Positions 47,087 to 57,855 of a stretch of 64,000 nucleotides of DNA are shown one piece after another. Numbering within the stretch: the first letter of the stretch is position 1; the number at the start of each line of letters is the position of its first letter. The DNA is from a virus (taxonomy: Duplodnaviria > Heunggongvirae > Uroviricota > Caudoviricetes). The position numbers and the translations under genes were made by a program. The DNA lies in the IMG/VR virus record IMGVR_UViG_2770939580_000003, positions 105,062 through 169,061 of that record. One strand, written 5' to 3'. The notes under the pieces are model-generated. The model had not been told where the DNA came from. It saw only the letters and a program-made list of their open reading frames with translations, and made no database searches.

Positions 47087-47110
47087 AAACCCTTGATACA
47101 TAAGGGTTTT
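47087..47110 (+). repeat. palindrome at the head of the late operon, matching 37371-37394 on the minus strand
   Basis: AAACCCTTGATACATAAGGGTTTT; 23/24 identical to the reverse complement of 37371-37394. Confidence 0.75.
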
Positions 47111-47236
47111 CTGAAAAACACGACTATTTTAGATGGGTGTTTTAGGGAGGGTATGCTATTGCAGCTTAATGACAAGTAATAGAAGTTTTAACTGGCATAC
47201 TTTCACCAAAAAAACAATTACAAGGGAGATATTTAA

Positions 47237-47560
47237 ATGAATAAATCAGGATTGGTAAACGCAGTAGCAGAAAAAACAGGATTGACTAAAAAAGATACGG
47301 AACAAGTTATTAACGAAACTCTAGCAGCTATTACTGAAACTCTAGCAAATGGAGATAAGGTTCAACTCATTGGATTCGGTAATTTTGAAGTTCGCGACAC
47401 AAAAGAACGTAACGGTGTAAATCCGAAACTCTTGAAAGAGCTAAAAGAACAAGGCGTAGATGAAGCGACCGCAAAAGCACAGGCAAGTGTATATATCCCT
47501 GCCTCCAAGAAACCCGCCTTCAAAGCCGCGAAAGCACTAAAAGATACTGTAAAAGAGTAA
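47237..47560 (+). CDS. hup: HU-family DNA-binding protein (YonN-like) with an internal insertion
   Basis: MNKSGLVNAVAEKTGLTKK...VQLIGFGNFEVR...RNGVNP...IPASKKPAFK. Confidence 0.93.
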   Translation: MNKSGLVNAVAEKTGLTKKDTEQVINETLAAITETLANGDKVQLIGFGNFEVRDTKERNGVNPKLLKELKEQGVDEATAKAQASVYIPASKKPAFKAAKALKDTVKE

Positions 47561-47685
47561 TTCCATACAATATCATATAATTTTAACAATAAAAAAATAC
47601 ATAAATATACTTATCGGATGGGAGAGGTAATTCCTCTCTCCTATCCTCTTTCTATTACAATAAAATAATTTGGGGGCAATATAAT

Positions 47686-47880
47686 ATGGCAAAGAACAAG
47701 GATAGTAAAACAGTTAATCGTACGGGTACGTTTGATATGGATAAAATGCAAATCGTAGCCGAAAGTAAGGATGGATTTCAAACATATGACCTAAAGGCTC
47801 TACTTCAAGAATTTGATGGTGAGCAACTTTCTTTCACCCTTGCTTCAGATTTTAACCCGAGTCATTTAGTTAAAGAATAA
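47686..47880 (+). CDS. YonK-like small protein
   Basis: size, YDLKALL.EFDG pattern and synteny. Confidence 0.65.
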   Translation: MAKNKDSKTVNRTGTFDMDKMQIVAESKDGFQTYDLKALLQEFDGEQLSFTLASDFNPSHLVKE

Positions 47881-47891
47881 GGGGTGATTAA

Positions 47892-49178
47892 ATGACTACA
47901 ACCCCAGAAAAGCTTCTTGAAATTGGGATTAAAAAGAGAAATGGAGATATTGTAGATAGTTGGTCTTCCCTTGCAGAAAACTTTGGTGACGGAATGTTTT
48001 CTGATGGTGAACAATATCGTTTATGGGTTAAGAATCGACTCAGGAATGAAGATAGAAATAAAAATAAAACTTTGTCTATTAAAGAAGACTTTAAAGAGTC
48101 TATTGAGATCAACAAAGATGGTTCACAAAGCAGCATTAAGCTCATCAAAATGTCTATTGAAGACTCTAAAGATGTAAATTATCTACTAAAGGCACACGGC
48201 TATGATACTGACCTGTGGGAGCTGACTTCTGCACGTTCGAATATTTGGAATTCATATTCTAAAAAAGATGGAATTATGCAACTATACTCCAGTAAAATAT
48301 CCGTCAAGCCTAAGAAAGATGAACTATCGCTTGAGTCAATTCGTTCTGTATTCAAAGAAATGTCAGATATGTACGTTCGACCTTCACACAATCCTGTTCG
48401 TTATAACAAGAATGGTATGATGCTCGAAGTCTCCATTGCTGATATTCATCTTGGAAAACTAGCTTGGATGGGTGATTCAAATGATACATATAATTGGGAA
48501 ATTGCGAGAGAGCGATTCTTCCATATCATTAATGATGTTCTAACTAGGACACAGACTTATAAATTCGAGAAGATTCTATTCTGTTGGAGCAATGATTTCT
48601 TCCATTACGATGGTTTAACTAAGACTACAACTGGCGGAACTCCTCAAGACACTGATTTAAAATTCGCACAAATGTATAAAATCGGAACCCAGATGTTGAT
48701 TGAAGCAGTTGATTTGTTATCACAGTTTGCCCCAGTAGAAACTTTCTATGTCGGAGCCAATCATGATAAGTTGACAAGTTATGTCGCAACTGAGCATCTT
48801 GCTGCATGGTTTAGGAATGATACAAATGTAAAAGTGGACACTGACCCTAAGATTAGGAAATATATTGAATTCGGTAAATGCCTAATTCAATTTTCCCATG
48901 GACACGCTGAGGGTAAGCGAATTGGCGAAGTGATGCCCGTAGAAGCCAGAGAAGCGTGGGGAAGAACTGTTTATCATGAGGTTCATGCTGGACATTATCA
49001 CTCAGAAAGAACTGTTACAAAAGATAATGGAGTAATTGTTCGCTATCTGAATTCACCTACTGGAGCTGACACTTGGCATTACGAGTCAGGATACGTTGGG
49101 GCATTAAAGGTTGGTCAATCGTTTATTTGGGACAAAGAATTGGGTCTGATGGATGCAATCTATACAACCGTAGAATAG
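47892..49178 (+). CDS. calcineurin-like metallophosphoesterase (YonJ-like)
   Basis: DIHLGK, NDFFH.D, GANHD, SHGH, GHYH motifs. Confidence 0.85.
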   Translation: MTTTPEKLLEIGIKKRNGDIVDSWSSLAENFGDGMFSDGEQYRLWVKNRLRNEDRNKNKTLSIKEDFKESIEINKDGSQSSIKLIKMSIEDSKDVNYLLKAHGYDTDLWELTSARSNIWNSYSKKDGIMQLYSSKISVKPKKDELSLESIRSVFKEMSDMYVRPSHNPVRYNKNGMMLEVSIADIHLGKLAWMGDSNDTYNWEIARERFFHIINDVLTRTQTYKFEKILFCWSNDFFHYDGLTKTTTGGTPQDTDLKFAQMYKIGTQMLIEAVDLLSQFAPVETFYVGANHDKLTSYVATEHLAAWFRNDTNVKVDTDPKIRKYIEFGKCLIQFSHGHAEGKRIGEVMPVEAREAWGRTVYHEVHAGHYHSERTVTKDNGVIVRYLNSPTGADTWHYESGYVGALKVGQSFIWDKELGLMDAIYTTVE

Positions 49179-49251
49179 ATATAATTGGGTGACTCATTCT
49201 AGGGTGCACTCCTACTACCCTCCTATTTAATTTGTTTAGGAGGACGTAATC

Positions 49252-49989
49252 ATTAAAAAGAATTATCGTATTGGTGAAATTGGTTACACAAACAATGGAC
49301 AGAAAATGATAATAGTCTCATATAACAATGCGAAGAGTATTGGAGTAATGTTCGATGATGGATTCGTTTTGGAAGATGTATATTACGTAAATTTCAAAAG
49401 GGGAAGTATTACAAACCCGTACACTCCAAGTTTGTGTGGTGTTGGATTTATGGGATATGGAGAATTTGATTCAAATTACAAAGCTCACAATATATGGCGA
49501 GGGATGATAGAGAGATGTTACGGTACTAATAAGACTCGCGTAAAAGATACATCGTACTCTGATTGTAATGTTTCATCCGACTGGCATAATTATCAAAATT
49601 TCGCAAGATGGTATAACGACAATTACTATCAAATTGATGGACAAGTGATGATGCTAGATAAAGATATATTAACTAAGGATAACAAAACATACTCGGAAAA
49701 TCATTGTATAATTGCACCAAATTCTATAAATATGCTGATCAACGGAAGAACAAGAACGGATAGTGGTGATACACCACTGGGTGTTTCGTATCATAAAAAA
49801 ACAAAAAAATATCAAGCTAGTTGCAATAAAAACGGAAAACCGATTTATCTTGGGATATACGATACGCCACAAGAAGCACATACAGTATATAAACAATACA
49901 AAGAAAAATTAATTAAAGATATTGCCATCTCACTGCAAAGTAAAATTCCAGATAAACTATTTTCTTCTCTTATGGAATATGTAGTGTGA
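49252..49989 (+). CDS. HNH/AP2-type homing endonuclease; likely ATT start at 49252 (track start 49306)
   Basis: W.GMIERCY...WHNYQNFARWY...LDKDIL...; AGGAGG 8 nt before an in-frame ATT. Confidence 0.75.
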   Translation: MKKNYRIGEIGYTNNGQKMIIVSYNNAKSIGVMFDDGFVLEDVYYVNFKRGSITNPYTPSLCGVGFMGYGEFDSNYKAHNIWRGMIERCYGTNKTRVKDTSYSDCNVSSDWHNYQNFARWYNDNYYQIDGQVMMLDKDILTKDNKTYSENHCIIAPNSINMLINGRTRTDSGDTPLGVSYHKKTKKYQASCNKNGKPIYLGIYDTPQEAHTVYKQYKEKLIKDIAISLQSKIPDKLFSSLMEYVV

Positions 49990-50180
49990 TCTCAATTCTT
50001 ATCACCTATAACATTAGATTGTAAACTATAAAAGAATACATAAATCGACTACCTGATTAAGTAAAGAATCGGGTTTTTTCTTATTTATTTTTACATGGGG
50101 AGATCCTGCCATAAGGTTCTTTAAACCGGACGCTCCCTCCTACCCCATGGTTTTTTAATCTACCTCAAGGAAGGTGAAAT

Positions 50181-51236
50181 ATGGGAGACACGAAAAAGAC
50201 ATGTGCATCTTGTAAAAGAAATATCACTATTTCGTCTAATTTTTATAAATCATACAGTAAATTCGATGCCGACAATCATATGCAAATCTGTCGCAAGTGT
50301 CTACGTGAAAGCATCGATTACAATAATATTCAGACAGTTAAAGACACTCTAACACAGATAAACCGCCCATACATTCACTCTATCTGGATTTCATCATCAG
50401 AAGAGGCTAAAAATAAGAATCAAGATCATTTTGGATTGTACATTAAAACAATTCAGATGAAAGATTTTCGAGATTTGACATGGAAAGATAGTGATGATGT
50501 TGAGGCGACTAAAAAAGCTTCCTCTTCTCCCACTCCCTCGAAAGAAAAAGAATCAGTTAATGATGAACTAAAAATTGAGCAGATTGAATCCGAACTACAA
50601 GACAATAATCGCCTCGATGTTATCAAAATGCTTGGTTATGACCCTTTTGAATTTGAAAATGATAGAGATAGAAGACACCTTTATAATAAGTTAGTCGATT
50701 TTCTTGATGAGGGAACATTGGAAGACGGCTTTAAATTACCTACAGTTATTGAAATTGTTAAAACTTTTAATCAACTCGATAAGATAAACAACACCATATC
50801 AAACATGACCACAGATGTTCAATCACTAACAACAAATGCAGGAACAATCAAATCACTCATCGACGCCAAAGATAAACTATACAAATCTGTACTTGCACTT
50901 GCCAAAGATAATGGAATTTCTGTAAACCACAATAACAATAAGAGCAAAGGTTCAGGAACGCTTAGCGGTATTATCAAGCAACTTCAGGAAAAAGGATTTG
51001 AGGAATCTAGCGTCAACTTATTCGATATAGAGACTTGTGCAGGGATGAGTCAAGTTGCTGATATTAGTAATGAAAGCATCTTCAAACAGCTTCAATTTGA
51101 TGAAAATGACTACTCTGCAATGCTAATAGAGCAAAGAGAAATTATAGGTGATCTGAGTGGGAAAGTAACCAAATACGAAGAGGAAATAAGAGTTTTGAAA
51201 AAAGAACTTCTAAAGTTAACAGAGAAAAACATTTGA
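50181..51236 (+). CDS. YonG-like protein upstream of terminase (possible small terminase)
   Basis: N-terminal CxxC...ICRKC; LAKDNGIS...SKGSGTL motif; synteny. Confidence 0.7.
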   Translation: MGDTKKTCASCKRNITISSNFYKSYSKFDADNHMQICRKCLRESIDYNNIQTVKDTLTQINRPYIHSIWISSSEEAKNKNQDHFGLYIKTIQMKDFRDLTWKDSDDVEATKKASSSPTPSKEKESVNDELKIEQIESELQDNNRLDVIKMLGYDPFEFENDRDRRHLYNKLVDFLDEGTLEDGFKLPTVIEIVKTFNQLDKINNTISNMTTDVQSLTTNAGTIKSLIDAKDKLYKSVLALAKDNGISVNHNNNKSKGSGTLSGIIKQLQEKGFEESSVNLFDIETCAGMSQVADISNESIFKQLQFDENDYSAMLIEQREIIGDLSGKVTKYEEEIRVLKKELLKLTEKNI

Positions 51237-51289
51237 CAATTACAGAATGAGGAAAGAATCTCCCTGTAATATTGGGGGTGATATGCTCT

Positions 51290-53105
51290 ATGGATAATAA
51301 AAATATGTCTACACGTAAAATTGAAGGCTACTTAAAACTAGCTCAGATTATTCAATGGGGACGATAGCAAGAATCCTGTACGTTTTGTTGAGAGATTTTT
51401 CGGCATGGAGCTATTGGACTATCAAAAGTATGTATTTATGCAAAGCTGGTCTACTCCATTTGTATTGTGGTGCATGGGTCGTTCGAGTGGTAAAACCACT
51501 TTGGGTTCCCCGTTTATTATGGCAAAATCATTGCTAATTCCTAATTTTGAAGGATATATACTTGCTGGTGTAGGTTCACAATCTCAAGAAATGTTCATGA
51601 AGATTGAAAAGATTGCAAAACGCGAAATCGCCTCTTTTACTGGACTCACTGATATATTCTACAATGAGACAGTGAAGAGCTCTGCTAATACGGATGGATT
51701 CACTCACAATCCCGCATCATTCTCGTATAAGCTCTATAACGGTAGTGTTATAAGATCTCTAAATGGTTCCTTTGATAATAACAGGAGTAAGCGTAGTAAT
51801 TTAAACTTTTACGATGAATCTGGCTTTGCCCCTGATGAGTTATTTACTACTTCTGAGCCATTTACCACACAAAATAGTGACTTTAGACTAGGTGGAGATG
51901 TAGACGTTACTCTCCTACCTAAACAATTCCCCAATCAACTGATATACGCCTCCTCTGCATCCTCTACTGACACATACTTCTATAGAAAGTATAAAGATTT
52001 TGCTAAGAAGATGTTTCTGGGTGACAAGCGCTATTTTGTTGCAGATATTAGCAGCGATGTTGTTATTAGCGCGACCTACAACGGCATTCTATACCCAGTA
52101 TCCCTCCTCTCGCAAGAAAAAGTAGATACAGCCATGAGAGACAATAAAGAAAAAGCTATGCGTGAGTATAAAAACATTTTCACAACCGAGGGCTCCGATC
52201 AGCAAATTATTAAACGAGCAGCTATCATACGAAATTCCAAAGTGAGTGTTCCCGTGCTTGCAAATGAGGGGAAGAAAAAATTCGTGCTTGCTGTTGACCC
52301 TGCAAGACAACACGATAATTCGATCTGTACCCCTGCTGAGTTCTATTTTGATGAGAATGTTGGTTGGAAGATGAGTTTAAGTAACTCGGTAAGCTTTGTA
52401 GATATCGCCAAGAAGAAGAAGACACCAATGAAAACACCGGATCAAATCAAACATTTCAAAAACTTATTGCTAGATTATAATGGCAAGCAAGCTGCTGATT
52501 ATGAAAATGTTATGCAAGTACTCATTGACTCTGGTGCAGGTGGATCTGGCGTTTCCTCTTGGGCTGATGGACTATTGGACGACTGGATTGATGAGCGAGG
52601 AGTTACCCATAAAGGACTAATCGACTCGAAGCACGATGAATACAAGATACATAATAGTAAATATCCAAACGCAAGCGAGATTTTAACTCTGGTTTCTCCT
52701 CAGAAATTCAAGAAAGACATGTTTGATGCGCTAATTGAAATGATGAGCTTAGATTTAATTACATTTACAGAGACGTACGACAACAAGGGATTTTTGACTC
52801 TTGTTGATGAAGATGGGGAAAGTAAACAATATAAACTTTCTTCAGATGAAGAAATAGCATTGGTTAATGTAGATATTGCTAAAGAAGAACTCGTAAGTAT
52901 CTACTCCTTCAAGAGCACAAACGGCAGTGTAAGATATGATCTTCCTCCTGATAAATTAAATAAAATCGGGGATGACAGAGCTTATACAATTGCGATGTTG
53001 GCGTGGTATTTGCGGAATCTTAGACGTGAAAGTATTACTAAGAAAACTACAGAAAAAGTTGATTGGGCTAATGCACCATCTTTCATTTCTGCTGTTAATT
53101 TTTAA
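51290..53105 (+). pseudogene. terminase large subunit (YonF-like), interrupted by a stop and +1 frame change at 51365-51368
   Basis: MDNKNMSTRKIEGYLKLAQIIQWGR-TAG-C then KNPVRFVERFFGMELLDYQK in the +1 frame; Walker A RSSGKT, YDESG, AVDPAR, DDRAY. Confidence 0.8.
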
Positions 53106-53121
53106 AGTATGGAGGTGAAAA

Positions 53122-54699
53122 ATGTCCACATCCAGTGAAGACTTTGAGGTTGTTTATGCATCAAAGCCTGATGATGATACTGTTGTTTTAACTTCTCAAG
53201 ACAAAGGAAAAGTTTGGCTTGAACAGGCCATGTTTCAATTTGGGAATAATTATAATCAGTATTCTTCTTTTCTTAATGAAAATTCGCTCAATCGAACTCA
53301 AATTACTCCTGAAGAATTAGATATGCTTGCAGATAATGCGCAGAACGATTTAGAGAAGATTAAGAAGATTAATTCTATTATTCGTTTTTACATCAATAAG
53401 GACGATCTAATTGGCCTAGTTTATGAAACGATAGAAAGTAATATAAACACAGATTATAGATTGTCTTTTCCAGAAGTTGACGGTGAAATAGACAGCTCAA
53501 AAAGGGCAAAAGATATCATCGAAAAGTTCAATTCACAGATAAATCTAAAACATCTGATGCGCAAGTCCATTCCACTTGCTTATTCCGAGGGCAATTACCC
53601 TATGTATTTGCGTTCTAAGAACAATAGTTATGTAGTCGATCATTATCCGCTAGGAGTCGTAGAGGTTAGTGATTACGAGATTGATGGCGAACCTGTTTTA
53701 TTAATTAATATGACCGAACTTAAATCAAGATTACAAAAAACAAACAAGAAAAGTAAAAAAGGTAAGAGTCTTTTCTTTGATAAGCTTGAGGATGAAATTA
53801 AGAACAATTATCCTCCAGAAGTCTATAAAGGTCTCCAAGAAAAAGATACATATGTCAAACTAGATATTAAGAAGTCTGGAATTATTCGTTTGAACAACAT
53901 GAACAGAAAGTATGGTCTAACCTCAATTTTTCGCGCGCTAAAATCCTCTCTCATGCTTGAAACATTTGAGCGTACAGATCGAATAAATGCTAAAGCAAAA
54001 GCCAAGAAGATCATCTTTCAAAAACTCCACAAAGAAATATTGGGTCAAGATTACAATAAACAGGCATTTGAAGAAATGGCATATGCACACACCAACCTTA
54101 TGTCTGCTTGGAAAAATGAGACAGTAGTTTATACTGGAGCTGCCTTTGTTGAGGACGTTAAATATGTCGAACCTAAGACGGAAAATATCAATATTGAGAA
54201 TGTAAATTATCATCGTAACAAGCAGATGACTTCATTAGGTATTAACTTCCTTAATGTTGGCTCAGGACAATCTTACACCACAGCAAATATCTCAATTACT
54301 GAACTGATGAAGACCATAAATAAAATATCAGAGCAGTTAGAAGATATTCTTGAAAAATGGTACAAAGTAGTCCTTGAGACCAACGGCATCTCTCTAGAAC
54401 ATTGTCCTTCCATTAGGTTAATTGATTCCGAAGAGTTAAATAAAGAATTAAAACTTAAACTTGCAGAGTTGTTATATAGTAAATTCAACTCCTCTTATGA
54501 GACTGCTTATGGCCTTTTGGGAATTAACGTTGAAGATGAAAAACAACGAAGAATTAAAGAGAACGATGAGAATTATGATGACATATTCACGCCTCGTTTA
54601 ACCGCCTATACCAATTCAGGCGATAAATCTTCTGGCAGACCTGTTAACAATAAAGATCCAGATAAGCAATTGCAAGATCAAGATAGGAGAAATTCATGA
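53122..54699 (+). CDS. portal protein (YonE-like)
   Basis: 525 aa, follows terminase. Confidence 0.75.
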   Translation: MSTSSEDFEVVYASKPDDDTVVLTSQDKGKVWLEQAMFQFGNNYNQYSSFLNENSLNRTQITPEELDMLADNAQNDLEKIKKINSIIRFYINKDDLIGLVYETIESNINTDYRLSFPEVDGEIDSSKRAKDIIEKFNSQINLKHLMRKSIPLAYSEGNYPMYLRSKNNSYVVDHYPLGVVEVSDYEIDGEPVLLINMTELKSRLQKTNKKSKKGKSLFFDKLEDEIKNNYPPEVYKGLQEKDTYVKLDIKKSGIIRLNNMNRKYGLTSIFRALKSSLMLETFERTDRINAKAKAKKIIFQKLHKEILGQDYNKQAFEEMAYAHTNLMSAWKNETVVYTGAAFVEDVKYVEPKTENINIENVNYHRNKQMTSLGINFLNVGSGQSYTTANISITELMKTINKISEQLEDILEKWYKVVLETNGISLEHCPSIRLIDSEELNKELKLKLAELLYSKFNSSYETAYGLLGINVEDEKQRRIKENDENYDDIFTPRLTAYTNSGDKSSGRPVNNKDPDKQLQDQDRRNS

Positions 54700-54872
54700 T
54701 TGATCAGATTGTAACTTGTCCCTGCTGTAAACATAAGTTTCCAACTAATGATCTGATGCACCCTGTGCCCAAAGTAGACGAAAATAATATTGATTTAATT
54801 AAAGAAATTTCTAAAACTTTCAATATTGAATTAGCTGAAGGAGGTGATAAGAAAGAAAATGGAAACAATTAA
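54696..54872 (+). CDS. small CPCC-motif protein (58 aa, not in track)
   Basis: ATGA overlap with the portal stop; MIDQIVTCPCCKHKFP... Confidence 0.5.
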   Translation: MIDQIVTCPCCKHKFPTNDLMHPVPKVDENNIDLIKEISKTFNIELAEGGDKKENGNN

Positions 54873-56298
54873 GTTCACAAGCCAATTTAAATTAGAAATT
54901 AGTGAGTCTGGGGCAGACACCCTAGATGGAAAATTTATTATTTGCGATTTCAACCCAAATGATAATGATGTTGCTCTCACTCGTGACACCATCGACACAT
55001 GGATTTCAACGCTAATTAACAAGCCGCTTGTTGGGAAAATAATTACGACCACAAACGGAGCTGATTTTTCTGGACACAACATGAAAATTGTAGAAAAGGT
55101 TGATGACAACGGCGATAAGTATCAAGAAGTTGAATTTGACACATCTGCATTTGGCAGTTTCTACAAAGTTGAAATCGAAACTATCGATGATATTGAGTAC
55201 ATAGTTGCTTACGCAAAGATATGGAAGAGATTTAGTCAGGCTTGCGAAGTGATTACAAATAGGATGTCTTCTGGGGATGGTATTAAAACGTCTTGGGAAA
55301 TTCAATCACTGGAAAGTCATTATGAAACTATAGATGGAAAACAGATCAAATATATCGACAACGGTAATTTTATTGGTCATGCCCTACTCGGTTCTACAAT
55401 TAGACCCGCCTACCCTTCTAGTGGACTTCTTAATGTCGCCTCGCAAGATACAGATAATGAGCTATCCAAAGCTCTAGTAAATGATATATCCGAACACATA
55501 AAAAAGGAGGAAAATGAATTGCCTAAAAAAGTAGTCCATGTCTCTGCGCTTACTACTAGGGACTTGCATCAAAAAGTTTATCAAGCTTTAAACCCGAAGG
55601 GCTGGAATAGTAATCCTTACTACAGCATTTGGGAGATATACCCTGAAGAACATAGAATTCTGGCTTATGATATCGAACGAGAATCAGAAGATGATTATTT
55701 GGTCGTCAATTATACAGTCGATGAAGATACCGTTGTTCTTGGTGAGATCAAAAATACGAAATTAAGTACTTTGATTGCAGAAAAGACTAATGTAAATATT
55801 AGCGTGGATTTAAATGAAGCAGCTAAATTGATTGCAGATAAAGAAACGACTAACAAAGAATTAAGCGAGTCGATTAAAGAACTTACTTCGGAGGTCGAAT
55901 CTAAAACAGAAGCATTAGTTGAAGCGGCTTCAAAAATTACCGAGCTTGAAAGTGAAGTTAGTGAGCTTAAGCCTTATAAAGAAAAAGTGGAAGCCGCTGA
56001 ACTTGAACAGCGTGAAGCAGAAACAGCTAGTAAAAAAGAAGAGCTCAAGACCCTTGCATCAACAGGCAATTACATCTCTAGCGAAGAGATTGAAACTTCA
56101 GAATTGATTGCAGAATTAATCGCTAATCTTGATGAAAAGGGTATTAAAGCTCTGATTGCAGAACGTATGATGCAGAAACTAGCTAAAGATCCTAAGCATA
56201 TCGATGTTTCAACTGCCACAAGCACCAAAGCTAATATTCTTAATGATGATGAAGCACTTGATCACAGCAAAGTTATGGCTTCATTCTTTAACAACTAA
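54844..56298 (+). CDS. prohead protease/scaffold (YonD-like; likely start 54859)
   Basis: ICDFNPNDN, TSWEI motif, acidic coiled-coil C-terminus; synteny. Confidence 0.75.
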   Translation: MIRKKMETIKFTSQFKLEISESGADTLDGKFIICDFNPNDNDVALTRDTIDTWISTLINKPLVGKIITTTNGADFSGHNMKIVEKVDDNGDKYQEVEFDTSAFGSFYKVEIETIDDIEYIVAYAKIWKRFSQACEVITNRMSSGDGIKTSWEIQSLESHYETIDGKQIKYIDNGNFIGHALLGSTIRPAYPSSGLLNVASQDTDNELSKALVNDISEHIKKEENELPKKVVHVSALTTRDLHQKVYQALNPKGWNSNPYYSIWEIYPEEHRILAYDIERESEDDYLVVNYTVDEDTVVLGEIKNTKLSTLIAEKTNVNISVDLNEAAKLIADKETTNKELSESIKELTSEVESKTEALVEAASKITELESEVSELKPYKEKVEAAELEQREAETASKKEELKTLASTGNYISSEEIETSELIAELIANLDEKGIKALIAERMMQKLAKDPKHIDVSTATSTKANILNDDEALDHSKVMASFFNN

Positions 56299-56323
56299 AA
56301 CATATATTTGGAGGATTTAATAA

Positions 56324-56773
56324 ATGCTAAGACGACTAGAAGTACATGTACATAAAGCAGCAGACGCTACATTCCAAGCAGCTACACCAACAGTCCGAGG
56401 ACGACTTGCTCAGAAGGATTTTTCCACAAAAACTATTGTGTCTCCAACATCACAAGAAGGTCTCTATTGGGTGAACAAAGATAACTACCCTACTGGCCTC
56501 CTAAGTCTCGAAGGAGAGCTTTCAGATTATGATGTTCGTTTAGAGAATGTCAAAGCTGGCGAATTTGTTGTACTTGAAAAACCACTTCCGGGCGAAGTGT
56601 ATGCTACCGACCAAATCGCACTAACTGGACTTGCAGAAGGAGACTACCTCGAAGTTGAAACGTCAGGAGATAATGCTGGGCAACTAAAGAAAAGTGCGGC
56701 TACATCGCAATTTAAGTTTCGAGGCACGAAGGTTGATAACGGTCACACACTCGGACGAGTAGAAATTCTATAA
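56324..56773 (+). CDS. capsid-associated/decoration protein (YonC-like)
   Basis: position between scaffold and capsid genes. Confidence 0.6.
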   Translation: MLRRLEVHVHKAADATFQAATPTVRGRLAQKDFSTKTIVSPTSQEGLYWVNKDNYPTGLLSLEGELSDYDVRLENVKAGEFVVLEKPLPGEVYATDQIALTGLAEGDYLEVETSGDNAGQLKKSAATSQFKFRGTKVDNGHTLGRVEIL

Positions 56774-56782
56774 TACATACTA

Positions 56783-57790
56783 TTGGAGGAAAACAACAAT
56801 ATGCTACATACTGAAATTGCAAGTTTGATGAATGAAAAAGGTAAAATGTACGAATGGGCGTCAAAAGTGGATTACAAGAAATCACTTTCTGCCGAAGATA
56901 AAGACATCTCTCAAGTTGTTGATGCTTGGGCAAGAAACATTGGCGAAAAAGGATCTGATCCAAATCTAGAACTCTCAAATTTTATTGTTAAAATTGTAAA
57001 TCCAGAGATTTACGATGTTCCAGATGAGTTGCTCGATGCTATGTTTGACCGTGGTTCTATTGGTGAGTTTGATGATTACAAAATGAACGAAAATCCAAAA
57101 AACACACTTGTTGCTCACGATGCAGCTAAAGGTGGTAACGTAGAGAAATCATACATTGATGTTAAAGCGGCTGCCCCAGTTTGGAAACATAAGCAAGTTG
57201 AGACTGAAATTTCTTACGCAGACCTACGTAGAAATGGATTTAAAACAGTAGCTAATTTAACTGTATTTGCGAAAGAAGCTCTTCAGAATAAGATGTTCTT
57301 TGATATCTTCTCTCAAGTCGATGCTGCAATTGCTGGTGGTGAGCAACTAATTAATGCTGGTGGTTCAAATTTGACAACTACGGCTATGGATCAATTGTCT
57401 CTATATTTGATTGATCGAGGAGAAAATCCATTCACAGTTTCTTTGTCCAAGTACGCTCAACAAATTGCGCGTATGAGCGGTCATGCCCCATACATGAGCG
57501 AAGAAATGAAAAATAACTTTAACCGTTATGGCCTTGTAGACTTCTACAATGGTGTTCGTGTTGGTCAAATTTCTGGAGCTAAACGTACTGGTGACGACAT
57601 GCAGCTCCTACCTGATAAGCGCGTGTTTGGTATTGCAGGTAAAATCGGTGCACTAGACATGCGCGGACAAGTTCGTGTCTATGAAACATTCGACAACCAA
57701 CGTGAACAAGTACAGCTTAAAATTACTGGATTTGAGTTTGGTACTGCAATCAATAAAATTGATAAGATTGCCAAAATCGTTTTAACATAA
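56783..57790 (+). CDS. major capsid protein (YonB-like)
   Basis: 335 aa, synteny, followed by a terminator. Confidence 0.8.
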   Translation: MEENNNMLHTEIASLMNEKGKMYEWASKVDYKKSLSAEDKDISQVVDAWARNIGEKGSDPNLELSNFIVKIVNPEIYDVPDELLDAMFDRGSIGEFDDYKMNENPKNTLVAHDAAKGGNVEKSYIDVKAAAPVWKHKQVETEISYADLRRNGFKTVANLTVFAKEALQNKMFFDIFSQVDAAIAGGEQLINAGGSNLTTTAMDQLSLYLIDRGENPFTVSLSKYAQQIARMSGHAPYMSEEMKNNFNRYGLVDFYNGVRVGQISGAKRTGDDMQLLPDKRVFGIAGKIGALDMRGQVRVYETFDNQREQVQLKITGFEFGTAINKIDKIAKIVLT

Positions 57791-57803
57791 AAATAATAAT
57801 ATT

Positions 57804-57840
57804 GGCGGTGGAGAGTAAATTCTTTACCGCCTTTTCTTTT
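57804..57840 (+). terminator. intrinsic terminator after the capsid gene
   Basis: GGCGGT...ACCGCC then TTTTCTTTT. Confidence 0.8.
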
Positions 57841-57855
57841 TGGGAGTGAATTAAT

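Noticed and set aside
51356-51371. prfB-style programmed +1 frameshift at GGA CGA TAG C
   Set aside because: The P-site CGA tRNA cannot re-pair on the +1 codon GAU, so this is not a slippery site; kept only as a lesion.
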